The notes below the pieces were generated by a model. It had not been told where the DNA came from. It saw only the letters and a program-made list of their open reading frames with translations, and did no database searches. From Bacilli bacterium (GTDB taxonomy: Bacteria; Bacillota_I; Bacilli_A; RF39; UBA660), in NCBI GenBank assembly GCA_047971315.1, contig JBKDZP010000002.1, positions 7,118-71,117 on the forward strand: a DNA stretch of 64,000 bases. Reading direction: 5' to 3'. Numbering within the stretch: position 1 is the first letter of the stretch; every line of letters begins with the position of its first letter. The translations under genes were made by a program, and so were the position numbers. Of the stretch, positions 52,439 through 63,686 are shown one piece after another.

Positions 52439-52692
52439 TGATAAATATAAATGATGAATTAAATAATAGATACATTTTTTCTGAACTTGGCAAGAATAAT
52501 AGCTTTCATCCTGATTTACATTTAGTTGGATTGATGATAAAAAATATGAGTTTTTTTCAAAAAGAAATCATAGATAATTTTCAAAATATAGCTGAGTGCA
52601 GTAAAGATGGAAAAACAATTAGTGAAATGTTTAAGCAAACTAAAATGATAGAACAAACTAATAACTATGAAGAACAATCAAAAGTAATGTAG
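52438..52692 (+). CDS. Hypothetical protein
   Basis: Translationally coupled (TAATG) with AAGGAGG RBS. Confidence 0.55.
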   Translation: MININDELNNRYIFSELGKNNSFHPDLHLVGLMIKNMSFFQKEIIDNFQNIAECSKDGKTISEMFKQTKMIEQTNNYEEQSKVM

Positions 52693-52851
52693 GAATTACT
52701 TTTTTTAGTATATAAAAAATAGCTAATTTATTAATTAAAGTATAACTTAATTAATAAAAATAATGTATTAATTATTAATAAAACAAACAACTTAAATAAA
52801 AAAAGTGTCTTTTTTCTTTAAAATAGTTTATAATGTAGTTGGTGATAAAAA

Positions 52852-54297
52852 ATGGAAAAATTAAGAACAAGATTCGCCCCATCTCCAACTGGATTTATGC
52901 ACATCGGTAATTTAAGAAGTGCAATATTTGGTTATTTGTTAGTAAAAAATCTAGGTAGGGATTTTATACTTCATATCGAAGATACAGATCAAACAAGAAA
53001 AGTTGAAGGAGCAATCGAATTTATATATAATTCATTGGAAATTTGTAATATTAAAATAGATGAAGGTCCAAGCAACAAAGGTCAATATTGACCATACATT
53101 CAAAGTGAAAGACTATCTTTATACAAAGAGTATGCTGAAAAATTAGTAGAAATCGGAAAAGCTTATTACTGTTTTTGTAGTGAAGAAAGACTTAATGATT
53201 TAAGAAAAGAAGCAGAAGAAAATAAACAAGCATTTTTATATGATGGTAAATGTAAGAATTTAACAAAAGAAGAAATTGACACCAAAATTAAAAATGGTGA
53301 AAAGTATGTAATTCGTCAAGCAATGCCTAAAGATGGTATAAGTGTTTATGATGATATAGTTTATGGGAAAATAGAAGTAGAAAATAAAATATTGGAAGAT
53401 CAAATCTTACTTAAGTCAGATGGTTTTCCCACATATAATTTTGCTAATGTCGTAGATGATCATTTAATGAATATAACTCATGTAGTTAGAGGAAATGAAT
53501 ACTTAATGTCAACTCCAAAATATAATTTATTATATGAAGCATTTGGTTTTGAAAAACCTACTTATGTACATTTGCCAATGGTTTTAGGTAGTGACTCATT
53601 AAAGTTATCAAAAAGAAATGGTGATGCATCATTTATGGACTTGTATAATGATGGTTATTTACCTGAAGCTGTTGTAAATTATTTAGCGTTATTAGGTTGG
53701 GCTCCAACTACTAATGACGAAATATTTACATTAGATGAACTTATTAAAAATTTTGATCCAAAAAGAATAAGTAAATCTCCAGCTATATATGATGTAAAAA
53801 AATTAAATTGGGTTAATGCTCATTATATTAAAAATTTAAATGTAGAACAAATTGTTAATTTAACTGTTCCATTTCTAAAAAAAGAATATAATTTAAGTAA
53901 TATAGATGAAGAATGGTTAAAAGAATTAGTTCTTTTATACCAAAACAGTATAAGTTATGGCAAAGAAATTGTAGAAGTTACAAAATTATTTTTTAATGAA
54001 AATATTGAATTAGATTTAGAGTGTAGTGATTTTATGAAACAAGATGGAATTTCAAATACAATTGAATTTTTTAAAGAAGAAATAATTAATATAGATGATT
54101 GGACAATTGAAAATATTAGTAATGCAATTACTAATACAAAAGAAAAAACAGGAGCAAAAGGAAAAATGTTATTTATGCCAATACGTATTCAAGTATCTGG
54201 TGTAATGCATGGACCTGAATTACCAAATACAATTCATTTATTAGGAAAAGATTTAGTGATCAGCAGATTAAATAATAAACTAAAGGAGTTGACATAA
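52852..54297 (+). pseudogene. gltX: Glutamyl-tRNA synthetase interrupted by one in-frame TGA at 53089-53091
   Basis: RFAPSPTGFMHIGN, KSDGFPTYNFA, KLSKR; the frame continues past the TGA as PYIQSERL. Confidence 0.9.
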
Positions 54298-55667
54298 TGA
54301 TAGATATACAAAGTAATTCAAGAAATATTAAACCTGGTGATAAATTTATTGCTCTAAGAGGAATTTTAAGTGATGGTCATGACTATATAAAAAAAGCAAT
54401 TGAAAATGGAGCTTCAATGGTTATTGTCGAAGAAGATGAAGAATATGGTGTTCCATCAATTGTTGTAGCTGATACTCGTGAATATTTAAATCAGTATTTA
54501 AAAGATAATTATAATAAATTATTAGAAAAAATGAATATTATTGGAATTACTGGTACTAATGGTAAATCAACTACCGCCATGCTAATTCATGATGCTTTAA
54601 ATTTATTGAATCAAAAAACTGCTTATATTGGAACAATTGGGTTTTATATTAAAGAAAAAATAATTGATTTACCAAATACAACAGTAGATATTTGCGATAC
54701 ATATAATTTGCTTATTCAGGCTTATTATGCTGGATGTAAAAATGTAATTATGGAACTAAGCAGTCATGGTTTAGCAACAAATAGAGTGAAAAATATAAAA
54801 TTCAATATAGGTATTTTTACGAATTTAACTATAGATCATCTAAATTTTCATAAAAATATGGAAAATTATGCATTAGCTAAACAAATACTATTTAAACAAA
54901 TTGTAGAAAATGGCTATGCGATAGTAAATAATGATGATGATTTTAAAAAATATTTTTTACTTGAAGAAAATAAAAATGTAACCTATGGATTTAATAATTC
55001 TGATTTTACTGTAGAAGAAGTTACATTAAGTAGTACAAATAGTTTAATTAAGTATAAATATTTAAACAATATTTATATTGTAGAAAGTTCATTAGTTGGT
55101 AAATATAATGTATATAATTTACTAGCTTGTATTACATGTTTAACAAAATTAGAATTAGATCAAAATTCAATTAATAGTGTTATTCCAAAATTAAATGCCC
55201 CAAATGGGAGAATGGACAAAATTAATTTTAAGGATAATGTTATTATAATTGATTATGCTCATAGTCCAGATTCTTTAGAAAAAGTTATTTCAACCGTAAA
55301 TGATTTTACATTAGGAAATATTTATGTAGTTTTTGGATGTACAGGAAATGGAGATAGTGAAAAAAGACCAATTATGACTGAAATAGTTGGTAAATATTCT
55401 AGAAAATTTATCATTACAAATGATGATCCTCATTTTGAAGATACAAAACAAATAATAGAAGACATGACTAAGTCTACTAAATTGACAAATTTTGAAGTAT
55501 GTTTAGATAGAAAAATTGCTATTAAAAAAGGTATAGATTTATTAGAAACAAATGATGCATTATTAATTCTTGGAAAAGGTCATGAAGAAGTGATGGTTAT
55601 TAAAAATGAAAGAATTCCTTTTAATGACAAGAAAGTTGTTTTAGAATATTTGGATATTTTTAAATAG
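54297..55667 (+). CDS. murE: UDP-MurNAc-tripeptide synthetase
   Basis: GITGTNGKST, MELSSH, FTNLTIDHLNFH, DYAHSPD, LGKGHE. Confidence 0.9.
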   Translation: MIDIQSNSRNIKPGDKFIALRGILSDGHDYIKKAIENGASMVIVEEDEEYGVPSIVVADTREYLNQYLKDNYNKLLEKMNIIGITGTNGKSTTAMLIHDALNLLNQKTAYIGTIGFYIKEKIIDLPNTTVDICDTYNLLIQAYYAGCKNVIMELSSHGLATNRVKNIKFNIGIFTNLTIDHLNFHKNMENYALAKQILFKQIVENGYAIVNNDDDFKKYFLLEENKNVTYGFNNSDFTVEEVTLSSTNSLIKYKYLNNIYIVESSLVGKYNVYNLLACITCLTKLELDQNSINSVIPKLNAPNGRMDKINFKDNVIIIDYAHSPDSLEKVISTVNDFTLGNIYVVFGCTGNGDSEKRPIMTEIVGKYSRKFIITNDDPHFEDTKQIIEDMTKSTKLTNFEVCLDRKIAIKKGIDLLETNDALLILGKGHEEVMVIKNERIPFNDKKVVLEYLDIFK

Positions 55668-55719
55668 TTATATACAAAAATAACTAAAAATGATATACTG
55701 TGTAAAGATAATTTAGGAG

Positions 55720-56721
55720 ATGATAAATGTGTTAATATTAGCAAAAGCAATGTTGGCAATGATGATAGGATTTATACTATCGATTATAACTGGTTTAATA
55801 TTGATACCAATTTTTAAAAATAAAAAAGCTGGACAAAATGTTAGTATTTATTTACAAGAAAAACATAAAGAAAAAAATGGAACACCAACTATGGGGGGAT
55901 TTATTTTTATTTTACGAACTTTAATTACAACATTAATCCTACTTATAATGGATAAAATACAATTTACAGAAAATTTATTTATAATATTATTTGTGTTTGT
56001 TACATATGCAATATTAGGTTTTATCGATGATTATTTAATTATTAAAAGAAAAAATAATATTGGACTAACAGAAATTCAAAAGCTAGCTGGACAAATATTT
56101 ATTGCATTGATATTCTTTTTTATCTTTATGAAAAATGGTGGAAATCCTGTGTTAAATATTCATACTTTAGGTATTGAATTACATTTAGGTTGGATTTATG
56201 GAATCTTTATATTATTTATTTTAGTAGCTAGTAGTAATGCAGTTAATATAACTGATGGGTTAGATGGACTAGCTGGTGGTTTATCTCTTATTGCATTTTT
56301 AGCAATGGGACTAATTTGTTGGAGTTCATTTTGGGTAAGTGGATATACTGAAATAGCGATATTTTGTTTTATATTGGTGGGTTCTTTACTTGGATTTTTA
56401 TTTTTTAATACTAATCCTGCTAAGATATTTATGGGTGATACTGGTTCATTGTCACTTGGAGCAACAGTAGCTTCAATAGCAATATTAACAAATCACGAGC
56501 TGACATTTATTATTATAATGGGAGTATTTATTGTAGAAACTCTTGTTTGTATTATTCAAACATATTCAGTAGTTGTTAGAAATAAGAAAATATTTTTAAT
56601 GACACCACTTCATCATCATTTTGAAAAATTAGGATGGGATGAAAAAGATATAGTTAAAACATTTTGGGTAGTAGGAATTATACTAGCAATGTGTGGAGTT
56701 ATGTTTGGTGTTTGGATATAA
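55720..56721 (+). CDS. mraY: Phospho-N-acetylmuramoyl-pentapeptide transferase
   Basis: GTPTMGG, NAVNITDGLDGL, FMGDTGS, PLHHHFE. Confidence 0.96.
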   Translation: MINVLILAKAMLAMMIGFILSIITGLILIPIFKNKKAGQNVSIYLQEKHKEKNGTPTMGGFIFILRTLITTLILLIMDKIQFTENLFIILFVFVTYAILGFIDDYLIIKRKNNIGLTEIQKLAGQIFIALIFFFIFMKNGGNPVLNIHTLGIELHLGWIYGIFILFILVASSNAVNITDGLDGLAGGLSLIAFLAMGLICWSSFWVSGYTEIAIFCFILVGSLLGFLFFNTNPAKIFMGDTGSLSLGATVASIAILTNHELTFIIIMGVFIVETLVCIIQTYSVVVRNKKIFLMTPLHHHFEKLGWDEKDIVKTFWVVGIILAMCGVMFGVWI

Positions 56722-57019
56722 ATAATTACTAAGAAAACTAAATTTTATCAACTAAAATAAGAATCTTAGTATTAATGTAATATATAATTATGAACTTGAA
56801 AATGATTTAGAATATTACAAATAATAAAATACCTTAAATGCAAAACAAATATATATAGAAGTTAATAAAAATATTTTTAAATAGTTTCATCGATATTAAA
56901 ATTGTCAATTTGGAAAATCAATTATTTTGTTTTAAAACAATATAATAAAAGATAACATATTATTTGTTATCTTTTTGTATACTAAATAAAGAAAAAATTA
57001 TAATATAATTTCAACTTTA

Positions 57020-57217
57020 CTATAACTTGTTTTTTATAATATTTAAAATATCTTCTTGATTATTTGAATTATTCCAAAAAATTTCAAACAATACTCCAAG
57101 CCCAGGTAAAACAAGTTCATCTTTAGATTCAATTGAAGAGACGATTGATTCTCTTAAATCATCAATACTTGAGTCTTTAAAATTATTTTTTATGTATTCT
57201 CTTATCTCAGTATTCAT
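57020..57217 (-). CDS. sspI: Small acid-soluble spore protein SspI
   Basis: DELVLPGLGVLFEIFW; sigma-G-like TGTATA-17-AATACTA upstream. Confidence 0.88.
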   Translation of the reverse strand: MNTEIREYIKNNFKDSSIDDLRESIVSSIESKDELVLPGLGVLFEIFWNNSNNQEDILNIIKNKL

Positions 57218-57349
57218 TAGACCATCCTTTCACATATTTATAGTATTAATTAAATAATAAAATATATACAAATACTATAAAATTATTTATAAAATTTTAT
57301 TTATATGTTATCATTTAACTATGATATACATGGTAGAAAGATAAAATAA

Positions 57350-57547
57350 GTGATAAATATGAATAAACGTTTGGTTACTATAATAGTTGCAACTATTGAA
57401 CTAGAATTTGATACGTATTTACCCAATAATAAGAAAATCGGAACTATAAAAGAAAAATTAATAGAAATTATTGCTGAAATTTCTGAAAATAATTTTTTGA
57501 AAGAAAAAAAGAAATTTTATTTCCAGATAATGATGAAGGAAATTTAG
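57350..57547 (+). pseudogene. EsaB/YukD-like fragment at the head of the decayed T7SS locus
   Basis: FDTYLPNNKKIGTIKEKL…I resembles a ubiquitin-like YukD start; directly abuts essC remnants. Confidence 0.4.
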
Positions 57548-60203
57548 TTTCAAAATTAAGTTTTTTAGAGATGTTTGAATCTGGAAAAATTAAACAGTTA
57601 AATGTATCAGTTAGATGGAAGGATAGTAACCCAGTATTAAATTTATCAACTCCAGTTGGAATTGGTAAAAATGGTGATAAAATTAGTATAGATTTACATG
57701 AAAAATATCATGGACCTCATGGTCTAATTGTGGGAATGACAGGATCAAGAAAATCAGAATTTATAATAACGAATATTTTATCAATGGCTGTAAATTTTCA
57801 TCCATATGAAGTTCAATTTATATTAATTGATTATAAGGGTGTAGGTTTAGCCGGAGCTTTTGAAAATAATAATTTAGGTTTTAAATTACCACATTTGGTA
57901 GGGACAATTACAAATTTAGATGCAAATGAAATTAAAAGAAGCTTGGCATCTATTGAATCTGAACTAAAAAGAAGACAAGCTCTTTTTTATTGAAGCAAGA
58001 GAAATTTCAGGAAAAAGTACAGTTGATATTTACAAATATCAAAAAATGTATAGAGAAGGTTTATTAAAAGAAGCTGTTTCACATTTATTTATAATTAGTG
58101 ATGAATTTGCAGAATTAAAAAATCAACAACCAGAATTTATGGAACAACTTATAAGTGCAGCACGTATTGGTCGTTTGTTAGCAACTCAAAAGCCAAGTGG
58201 TGTAGTATATCCTCAAATTTGGAGTAATACGCGATTTAGAGTTTGTTTGAGAGTTCAAGATAAATCAGATTCAACTGAAATTATTAAATGCCAAGATGCT
58301 GTATATTTAAAACAAACTGGTAGATTTTATTTTCAAGTTGGTTATAATGAAGTATTTGTATTAAGTCAGGCAGATTGGGCTGGTTGTAAATACATTGCTA
58401 GAGAAAAACATAAAAAAGAATTAGATACATCAATAGATGTTATTGATAATATTGGTTATAGATTAAAGAGAATGGAAACTAGAAGAAAAGTTGAAGTCGA
58501 AAAAGGTAATGTTTCAGAACTAATCAATATAGTTAAATATTTAGATAATATTGCCAAAAATAATAATATTAAATCGAAACCATTATGGCTTGAAAAAATA
58601 TCGGAAACTATTTTATTTGATAATTTAATAATTAAATATAATTATAAAAAAATTGATAATATATTAGATGTTGTTATCGGTGAATATGATATACCAAGTT
58701 TTCAAAAACAAATGTTGTTAACTGTTCCAATTACAAATGAAGGAAATACAACGATTTATGGTTCAACTGGTTCAGGTAAAGAAAGTTTAATTACAACATT
58801 GTTGTATTTATCAATGAGGCTTTATAGTAACTCCGAAGTCAATTATTATATAATGGATTTTGGCTCAGGTAGTTTAAAAATGTTTGAAAAAGTCCAGTTG
58901 TTGGAGATATTATAAATTAGAAAAAATAGAAAATTTATTTAAATATATTAATAAAGAAATAGAAAATAGAAAAACTTTGTTTAAAGAAAATAATGGTAAT
59001 TTTATAAATTATTGTAAAAATAGTGGAAAAACCTTACCAAATTTAGTAGTTATTATAAATAATTTTAAAGCTTTTCAAGAATTAGTAGGGCAATACGAAG
59101 AAATACTTACAATTTTATCTAGAGATTGTAATAGATATGGTGTATATTTTGTTATAACTTTATCTACAACAAATGGTGCTAGATTTATATTGAAACAAAA
59201 TTTCTCACTTACATATTGTCTACAACAAAATAGTGAAGATGATTATATTGCTGTTTTAGGAAATACAAGTCGATTATATTCATCTAAATTATTTGGTAGA
59301 GGATTTATTAAACTTGAAGATATTTTTGAATTTCAAACTGCTTTAGTTTATCCAAAAGACGAAATAACGAAATTTATTAAAAATTATTGTGAAACAATAA
59401 GTATTAGTAGTGTGTGAAAAGCAGATAAAATTCCTATTTTACCAGATGTTGTTTCATATAGTTCAATAAAAAAGTATTTAATAAATAGTAGTAATTTAAT
59501 AATAGGAATGGCAAAAGAAGATTTATCTGTTGTTAGATTTGATTTTTCGAAAAATTATGTTACAGTTTTATCAACTCTAGATTTAATGAATACAAATAAT
59601 TTAGTCAATTTATTTGTAAATTAAAATGTATTGATTAATAATACAAAAACTATAGTAATTAATTTAGAGGAATATGGTTCTATAGATGATTATAAAAATA
59701 AATATCAATATTGTGCATCTAATTATGATGATATATTTTCAAATTTATTAGCTTATATTAATAAATGTAAACAAAAATATGAAAATAATAAACGTGATAA
59801 AAAAATATTTAAAGATATAAAAAAGATTCAGGTTTTCATTATTGGTATTGAATTTTTTAAAGAAAAAGTTAGTGATGAAAATAAAAAAATATTTCCAGAT
59901 TTATTCAATGATGCAAAAGATCTCGATATAATTTCATTTATACTAGTTGATAGAATTGATAAAATAAAAAAGATTGAAATTGAACAATGGTTTAAAAATT
60001 GCAGTAGTACAGATAATTTTATTTGGGTAGGAAATGGAATTACAGAACAATTTGTTTAAAAATATATTTCAAAAAAAACAAATGATATGAAATTAGAAGT
60101 ACCAGATGATTATTGTTTTGTGATAAAAAGAGGAAAATCAGAATATGTAAAATATATTGAAAATTTTGATTATATAAAAGAAGAACCAGAAAATAAATTA
60201 TAA
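57548..60203 (+). pseudogene. essC: Type VII secretion FtsK/SpoIIIE ATPase EssC, fragmented and N-terminally deleted
   Basis: DLHEKYHGPHGL…GMTGSRKSE, IDYKG, IISDEFAELK, LATQKP, YGSTGSGKE; several frameshifts and stops. Confidence 0.88.
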
Positions 60204-60275
60204 TTATAAAAAATTTAAAAAATGCTTTTAATTTTTGAGTATTTTTGATATACTTATATTAAGGAGGAATAGAAA

Positions 60276-60830
60276 ATGAGTATAGGTTTAATTATATTAA
60301 TTGTAGTTGTAATTTTAATATTATCATATATTATGACTACATATAACAGTTTAGTTAGTTTAAGAAATAAGGTTAAAGATCAATGGGCACAAATAGAAGT
60401 TCTATTAAAAAGAAGAGCAGATTTAATCCCAAATTTAGTTGAAACTGTAAAAGGTTATGCAAGTCATGAAAAGACTACATTAGAAGATGTTGTAAATGCT
60501 AGAAATAATGCAGTAAGTGCAACCACAACAGCAGAAGAAATGAAAGCTAATGGTGAATTATCTGGAGCATTAAGTAGATTATTCGCTTTAACAGAAGCTT
60601 ATCCTGAATTAAAGGCAAATACAAACTTTATGGATTTACAAAATAATTTAAAAGAAACAGAAGATAAAATTTCTTTTTCAAGACAGTTTTATAATGATAC
60701 TGTTTTAAGTTATAAAAATAAAATAGAAATGTTCCCATCAAATATAATTGCTGGAATGTTTAATTTTAAAACAGAACTTTTCTTTGAAGCTAGTGAAGCT
60801 GATAAAGAAGTTCCAAATGTTAAATTTTAG
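60276..60830 (+). CDS. lemA: LemA-family protein
   Basis: YNSLV…LKRRADLIPNLVETVKGYA, EAYPELKAN, FPSNIIA. Confidence 0.95.
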   Translation: MSIGLIILIVVVILILSYIMTTYNSLVSLRNKVKDQWAQIEVLLKRRADLIPNLVETVKGYASHEKTTLEDVVNARNNAVSATTTAEEMKANGELSGALSRLFALTEAYPELKANTNFMDLQNNLKETEDKISFSRQFYNDTVLSYKNKIEMFPSNIIAGMFNFKTELFFEASEADKEVPNVKF

Positions 60831-60867
60831 GTCGATAAGACCTTTTAAATTTAGTTAGGGGTAAAAA

Positions 60868-62748
60868 ATGAAAAAAATATATTTAATTATAATATCAATA
60901 TTAATTTTTATACCATTTCAAGTAAAAGCATATGGAATAAGTAATTATTATATTGATGCAACAGTTTTGGATAATGGTGATATTTCAGTAAAAGAACTTT
61001 TTGTTTTAAATGGGAGTTATAACGGATTTGAAAGAATAATAGATTTCAAAAATCCATATGCGATTAAATTTGAAAATAAATTAAGTTCATTTAACGGTAG
61101 TGATATTTATAATGGAGATTCAATAACTTTAGTAAAAATTGCAGCTATTGATGTTGATGATGATATAAATTATAATACTTTATTTGCTTCAACAGATGAT
61201 TTTAGTGAAGTAAATAGTGCCTTTAATGGTGAATATGGAGTATTTACTAGGAGCATAACTACTTATGGTGAAAAATATAGAATATATAATCCTTATTCAA
61301 ATAAAGGATTTTATACAGAGTATATAATTCATAATATGGCAGTTGTTCATAATGATATTGCTGAAGTAGGATTTAATATATTTTCTGATGATTTAAATGA
61401 ATCAATTGAAAATTTGGAAATGTATATTCATATTCCAGGTAATACTACTGAATTAAGAGCATGGGGTCATGGACCTTTATTTGGAGAAACTAGCAATATT
61501 GATAAAGAAACTATTTTGTTAACAATCAATTTATTAGATGCGAATACTGCAGTTGATGTCAGATTTGTTTTTGATAAATCTGTTGTAAAAAATAGCTCTA
61601 AATTTAGTAATGTTGATGGATTAGAAAGTATTTTAAGTGTAGAGACAACAAAAGCAGAAGAAGCAAATCTAATTAGAGATGAAGCAATTAAACAAATTAA
61701 TTCAATAAATAAAACTAATAAAATTTTAAATTTATTGGAAATTGTTTGGCTTTTCTTAATTGTTTTTGTTTTATATAAGATATATAAAAAATATGATAAA
61801 GAATATAAAAGCGATTTTAGTGGAGAATATTATCGTGATTTTCCAAGTGACTTAGAACCAGAAATTGTTGGATATTTATTAAATATGAAAATAGGCAATA
61901 ATGAAGTGTCTGCATCAATTCTAAATCTAATAAATAAAAAAGTAATCTCATTTGAAGAAATTGATAAAAAAGACTACAAATTTATGTATGATTCGAGTAA
62001 ATTGGATTTAATTACTTCATCTGAAAAAGATTTAATTAATTGGATATTTAATGGCGAAACAGAAATCACTTTATCCAAATTAAAAAATTTATCTAAGAAA
62101 AATTATAGTACTTTTTTATCTGGGTATACAAAATGGAAAAAAAATGCTATATCGTTTGCTAAAGAACATCATTTTTATGAAGAAACAAATGGTAAAAAAC
62201 TTTTTCCACTATTACTGTGCTTAATTGGTTCATGTTTTAAGTTTATTAGACCAGAAACTGAAAACTTTTATTTTATAGATTATTTATGCTTAATAGTTTC
62301 TATAATATCTATAATTTATTTAGAATCTATTTCAAAAAGAACAAAAGAAGCAAATGAAGAATATGCTAAATGGAAAGCATTAAAGAAATTCTTAATTGAT
62401 TTTGGTAGATTTGGCGAAAAAGAATTACCGGAAATACAATTATGGGAAAAGTATTTAGTATATGCAGTTGTATTTGGATGTGCAGATAAACTAGCAAAAA
62501 CAATGGATCTTAAGCTTAAAGAATTATCTCAAAATCAAAATTTAGAAAATTTATATTTTGATTATAGTCGAATATTTGCAATTACCAGAATTAGTAATAT
62601 TGTATCTAGTTCAATAAATAACTCTATAAATTCAGCAAATCAAGCTCGAAATGCCAAAAGTACAAGATCATCTTCTAGAGGACATGGTGGAGGATTTTCT
62701 GGTGGAGGAGGATCATTTGGTGGCGGCGGCGGTGGCGGTCGTTTCTAA
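60868..62748 (+). CDS. DUF2207-family membrane protein with a Gly-rich C-terminus
   Basis: AWGHGP, WKALKKFL…WEKYLVYAVVFG, GGGFSGGGGSFGGGGGGGRF; next to lemA. Confidence 0.85.
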   Translation: MKKIYLIIISILIFIPFQVKAYGISNYYIDATVLDNGDISVKELFVLNGSYNGFERIIDFKNPYAIKFENKLSSFNGSDIYNGDSITLVKIAAIDVDDDINYNTLFASTDDFSEVNSAFNGEYGVFTRSITTYGEKYRIYNPYSNKGFYTEYIIHNMAVVHNDIAEVGFNIFSDDLNESIENLEMYIHIPGNTTELRAWGHGPLFGETSNIDKETILLTINLLDANTAVDVRFVFDKSVVKNSSKFSNVDGLESILSVETTKAEEANLIRDEAIKQINSINKTNKILNLLEIVWLFLIVFVLYKIYKKYDKEYKSDFSGEYYRDFPSDLEPEIVGYLLNMKIGNNEVSASILNLINKKVISFEEIDKKDYKFMYDSSKLDLITSSEKDLINWIFNGETEITLSKLKNLSKKNYSTFLSGYTKWKKNAISFAKEHHFYEETNGKKLFPLLLCLIGSCFKFIRPETENFYFIDYLCLIVSIISIIYLESISKRTKEANEEYAKWKALKKFLIDFGRFGEKELPEIQLWEKYLVYAVVFGCADKLAKTMDLKLKELSQNQNLENLYFDYSRIFAITRISNIVSSSINNSINSANQARNAKSTRSSSRGHGGGFSGGGGSFGGGGGGGRF

Positions 62749-62842
62749 ACTATTCATTTTAAAATTAAATTTATATTTAAAATAAATAGCATTATAATTT
62801 AGTTTATGATATTATTATATTAGAATAAATGGGGATGATATC

Positions 62843-63289
62843 ATGGGAAAAAAAACTAAAAAATATAATGAAAATGAAATTGTAAAAGAAATTGATGAAT
62901 TAAAAAATACAATGAAAAAGGATTCAAATGAAAGAAAACAAATACTAAAAGAAGTATCTTTAAATATGGATTCATATTCTAATAAAGTAATTGACTATGA
63001 ATATCAAATTAAAGAATTAGATATGATAAAAATAAAATATAAAAATTTGGAAAGAGAATTACAAGAAAATAATAAAATATATCGTGAAAAAATAAAAGAA
63101 TATGAAGAAAAAATATCTGAATATAGTAATGAAGTTCAAATTGATAGAAGACTTATAATTAAATTTAAAAATAAATCCAATTTTTTATTTTCATTAATTG
63201 ATCAAGTAATAAATAAATATGGAATAGATGATATTTCCAATATAACTGGAATATCAGTTGATAAAATAAAAGAATACCTCCAAGATTGA
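62843..63289 (+). CDS. Hypothetical coiled-coil protein with a possible C-terminal HTH
   Basis: Heptad-rich; ends GIDDISNITGISVDKIKEY. Confidence 0.6.
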   Translation: MGKKTKKYNENEIVKEIDELKNTMKKDSNERKQILKEVSLNMDSYSNKVIDYEYQIKELDMIKIKYKNLERELQENNKIYREKIKEYEEKISEYSNEVQIDRRLIIKFKNKSNFLFSLIDQVINKYGIDDISNITGISVDKIKEYLQD

Positions 63290-63298
63290 GGTATTTTT

Positions 63299-63604
63299 TC
63301 ACATCATTTGATAATTAGAACTGTTATATTTGTTATTAGATGGAGATATCATATTAGATGAATTTATTATCGTTTCCAAATTAGTTACCCTTTTATCTAA
63401 TAAGGTAACTTCTTGTTCCAAATTATTAATTTTTTGATTTAATAAAATTGTATCTGTATCAACTCCAGTTGACTGTTGGTATGGCATAGGTAAAGGCATT
63501 GGCATAGGTGGCATCATTCCATTATAACCCATCATATTAGGCATTGCTTGATATGGTGGATACACAGGATAAGGTGGAATTCCACAATTTCTATCTTTCT
63601 TCAT
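63299..63604 (-). CDS. Pro/Met/Tyr-rich small protein, probable spore coat protein
   Basis: PPYPVYPPY…MMPPMPMP plus coiled coil; sigma-K-like AAC-16-CATATAAT upstream. Confidence 0.6.
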   Translation of the reverse strand: MKKDRNCGIPPYPVYPPYQAMPNMMGYNGMMPPMPMPLPMPYQQSTGVDTDTILLNQKINNLEQEVTLLDKRVTNLETIINSSNMISPSNNKYNSSNYQMM

Positions 63605-63686
63605 TTAAACACTCCTATCTAGTAAATTATATGCTTTTGTTTATATTTAGTTCCAAAAATGTTATAATTTTTAAAGAGGTGAAAAA

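Noticed and set aside
53089-53091. TGA recoded as Gly (code 25) or Trp (code 4)
   Set aside because: TGA ends ordinary genes here (e.g. 7327, 38887, 63289), GGA and TGG are used abundantly, and long genes have no other in-frame TGA.
62690-62748. Local GC spike (ggc repeats)
   Set aside because: It encodes the normal poly-Gly tail of DUF2207 proteins; not a VR.
6632-62834. GGGG-type RBS before several orphan genes (6632, 27311, 36969, 62831)
   Set aside because: It also precedes a conserved gene (60858) and is compatible with ordinary G-U pairing to the anti-SD; too few cases to support a pattern.
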